From Cetorhinus maximus (Eukaryota), in assembly GCF_964194155.1 (NCBI RefSeq), contig NC_135901.1, forward strand, positions 33,976,001 to 34,040,000: 64,000 nt of DNA, written 5' to 3'. Of this stretch, positions 62,930 through 64,000 are shown piece after piece. The notes under the pieces were generated by a model. The model saw nothing but the letters and a program-made list of their open reading frames with translations, did no database searches and was not told the DNA's origin. The stretch's first letter is position 1; the number at the start of each line of letters is the position of its first letter. The position numbers and the translations under genes are program-made.

Positions 62930-63628
62930 CGGAGAACTACTGAAATTTTCACTGAGCAACGTTTAAACAGACAGTGGATTCACTCAGTGTGACGGTGTGT
63001 TCCAGTTCTATGTATGCAACACAGAATCAATTCCTATTAGCTGTTTTGAACACAACATTTCAAATAGGTTGGATGTTATACACATGTTGGAACTGATTTT
63101 CTTGTTTTACTTGAAATGAATATTCATAAATCTATTTGTGTGGGAACTTGCTGAATAGCAGCAGGACTGGCAAAGTTTGGACAATATTTCCTTGCAGCCA
63201 AAGGACACAAAGCAGAACTATGTCAGTAATATAATTAGGAGCAGGAATGGAAGGACTCTACTTGATGCTGGATGATCTCAAACCACCAACCTTTGAGCTG
63301 ACAGCTGAAGGCGCCTCGTGAGTCTGCCCGAGAAGCAGCGTGGTGGGCCACTGGTTAGATTTCGGTGCTTTCACTTTCTTCTTTCCGTTCCCAGTGTCGA
63401 TGACGTGTAAATGTTGTAACGAGCAGCCAATGACCAATTTAACAAAGACTCAAAACGTTAGCTCTGTCGTTCCCTCCACAGATGCTGCCAAACCTGCTGA
63501 GAGCTTCCAGCACTTTCTGTTTTCATTATCATTACCGGCCTGATCATAACATAAACTAAATGGTCGGCCATAATCAGTGGAACGAGGACAGAGTCAAACT
63601 TTCACGGATGGTATTTTTGGAACTGGAG
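62930..63628 (-). repeat. inverted paralog of 215-600 + 1087-1450
   Basis: Reverse-complement match (near-identical ORFs 302..505 - and 63340..63543 +), minus the CR1 insert. Confidence 0.88.
63263..63395. pseudogene. tRNA-Asn (-) and tRNA-Glu(TTC) (+) relics, inverted paralog of 449-562
   Basis: tggtgggccactggttagatttcggtgcTTTCact; reverse complement gcgccttcagctgtcagctcaaaggttggtggtttgag. Confidence 0.55.
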
Positions 63629-63882
63629 TGAAGATTGTTGAAATGCTTTATGCCGATCTGCTGGGCTCCTCCATCATTGAGGATGGGATTATTTCTGGGG
63701 CCTAATCATCCACTGCAGCTGCAAGGACAAAATCAGCTACCGATGCAGCATATTAAACTTCAGTCCGTTACAGGGATTTACTAACATCAGGAGAACCAAA
63801 CCCCAACTATCAAAATGAACATGGTTTAGTCGTTGATGCGATTAACAGCAGCAATAACAGTGAATACAACCTCTGGAGCCAT

Positions 63883-64000
63883 TTGTGAACTCGCTGGTGT
63901 GTCAGCAGTTGGGATAGCTGAGTGAATCCCTTCCCACACTTAGAGCGGGTGAACAGTCTCCCTTCAGTGTGAACTCGCTGGTGTGCACTGAGGTTGGATG
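63883..64000 (-). pseudogene. 3' end of another C2H2 ZNF gene (runs off the window)
   Basis: Minus strand reads [40 protein letters not shown]. The last finger has Cys->Arg and the usual stop is TGG. Family 3'UTR at 63750-63880. Confidence 0.7.

Overview
Vertebrate genomic DNA, most likely a cartilaginous fish (shark/ray; inferred from the CR1, L2, Penelope and SINE families present). The window is a cluster of C2H2 zinc-finger genes built by segmental duplication. At least seven ZNF loci are present: three intact single-coding-exon genes (37637-38422 -, 45924-46877 +, 57357-58478 +), one frameshifted near its 3' end (5210-6304 -), two clear pseudogenes (~17.9 kb, ~25.6 kb) and a partial copy at the window edge. 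Three much older, decayed ZNF relics lie just upstream of promoters. The proteins are pure finger arrays after a short [12 protein letters not shown] leader, with no KRAB/SCAN/BTB domain seen. Five of the genes have a CpG-island promoter with NRF1 and/or YY1 motifs several kb upstream. About 13 decayed tRNA genes (Leu, Val, Ser, Asn, Glu) are interspersed and were duplicated together with their flanks. The rest is retroelement-derived: a near-full-length CR1 LINE, many CR1/L2 fragments, Penelope-like remnants with minimal hammerhead ribozyme motifs, SINEs, and a young Tx1-clade LINE inserted with a 9-bp TSD exactly in an NRF1 motif of a ZNF promoter. A tandem segmental duplication (40.4-47.8 kb vs 50.1-59.4 kb) and inverted paralogous blocks let filled and empty insertion sites be compared within the window. 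All calls were made by eye; no database searches were run.
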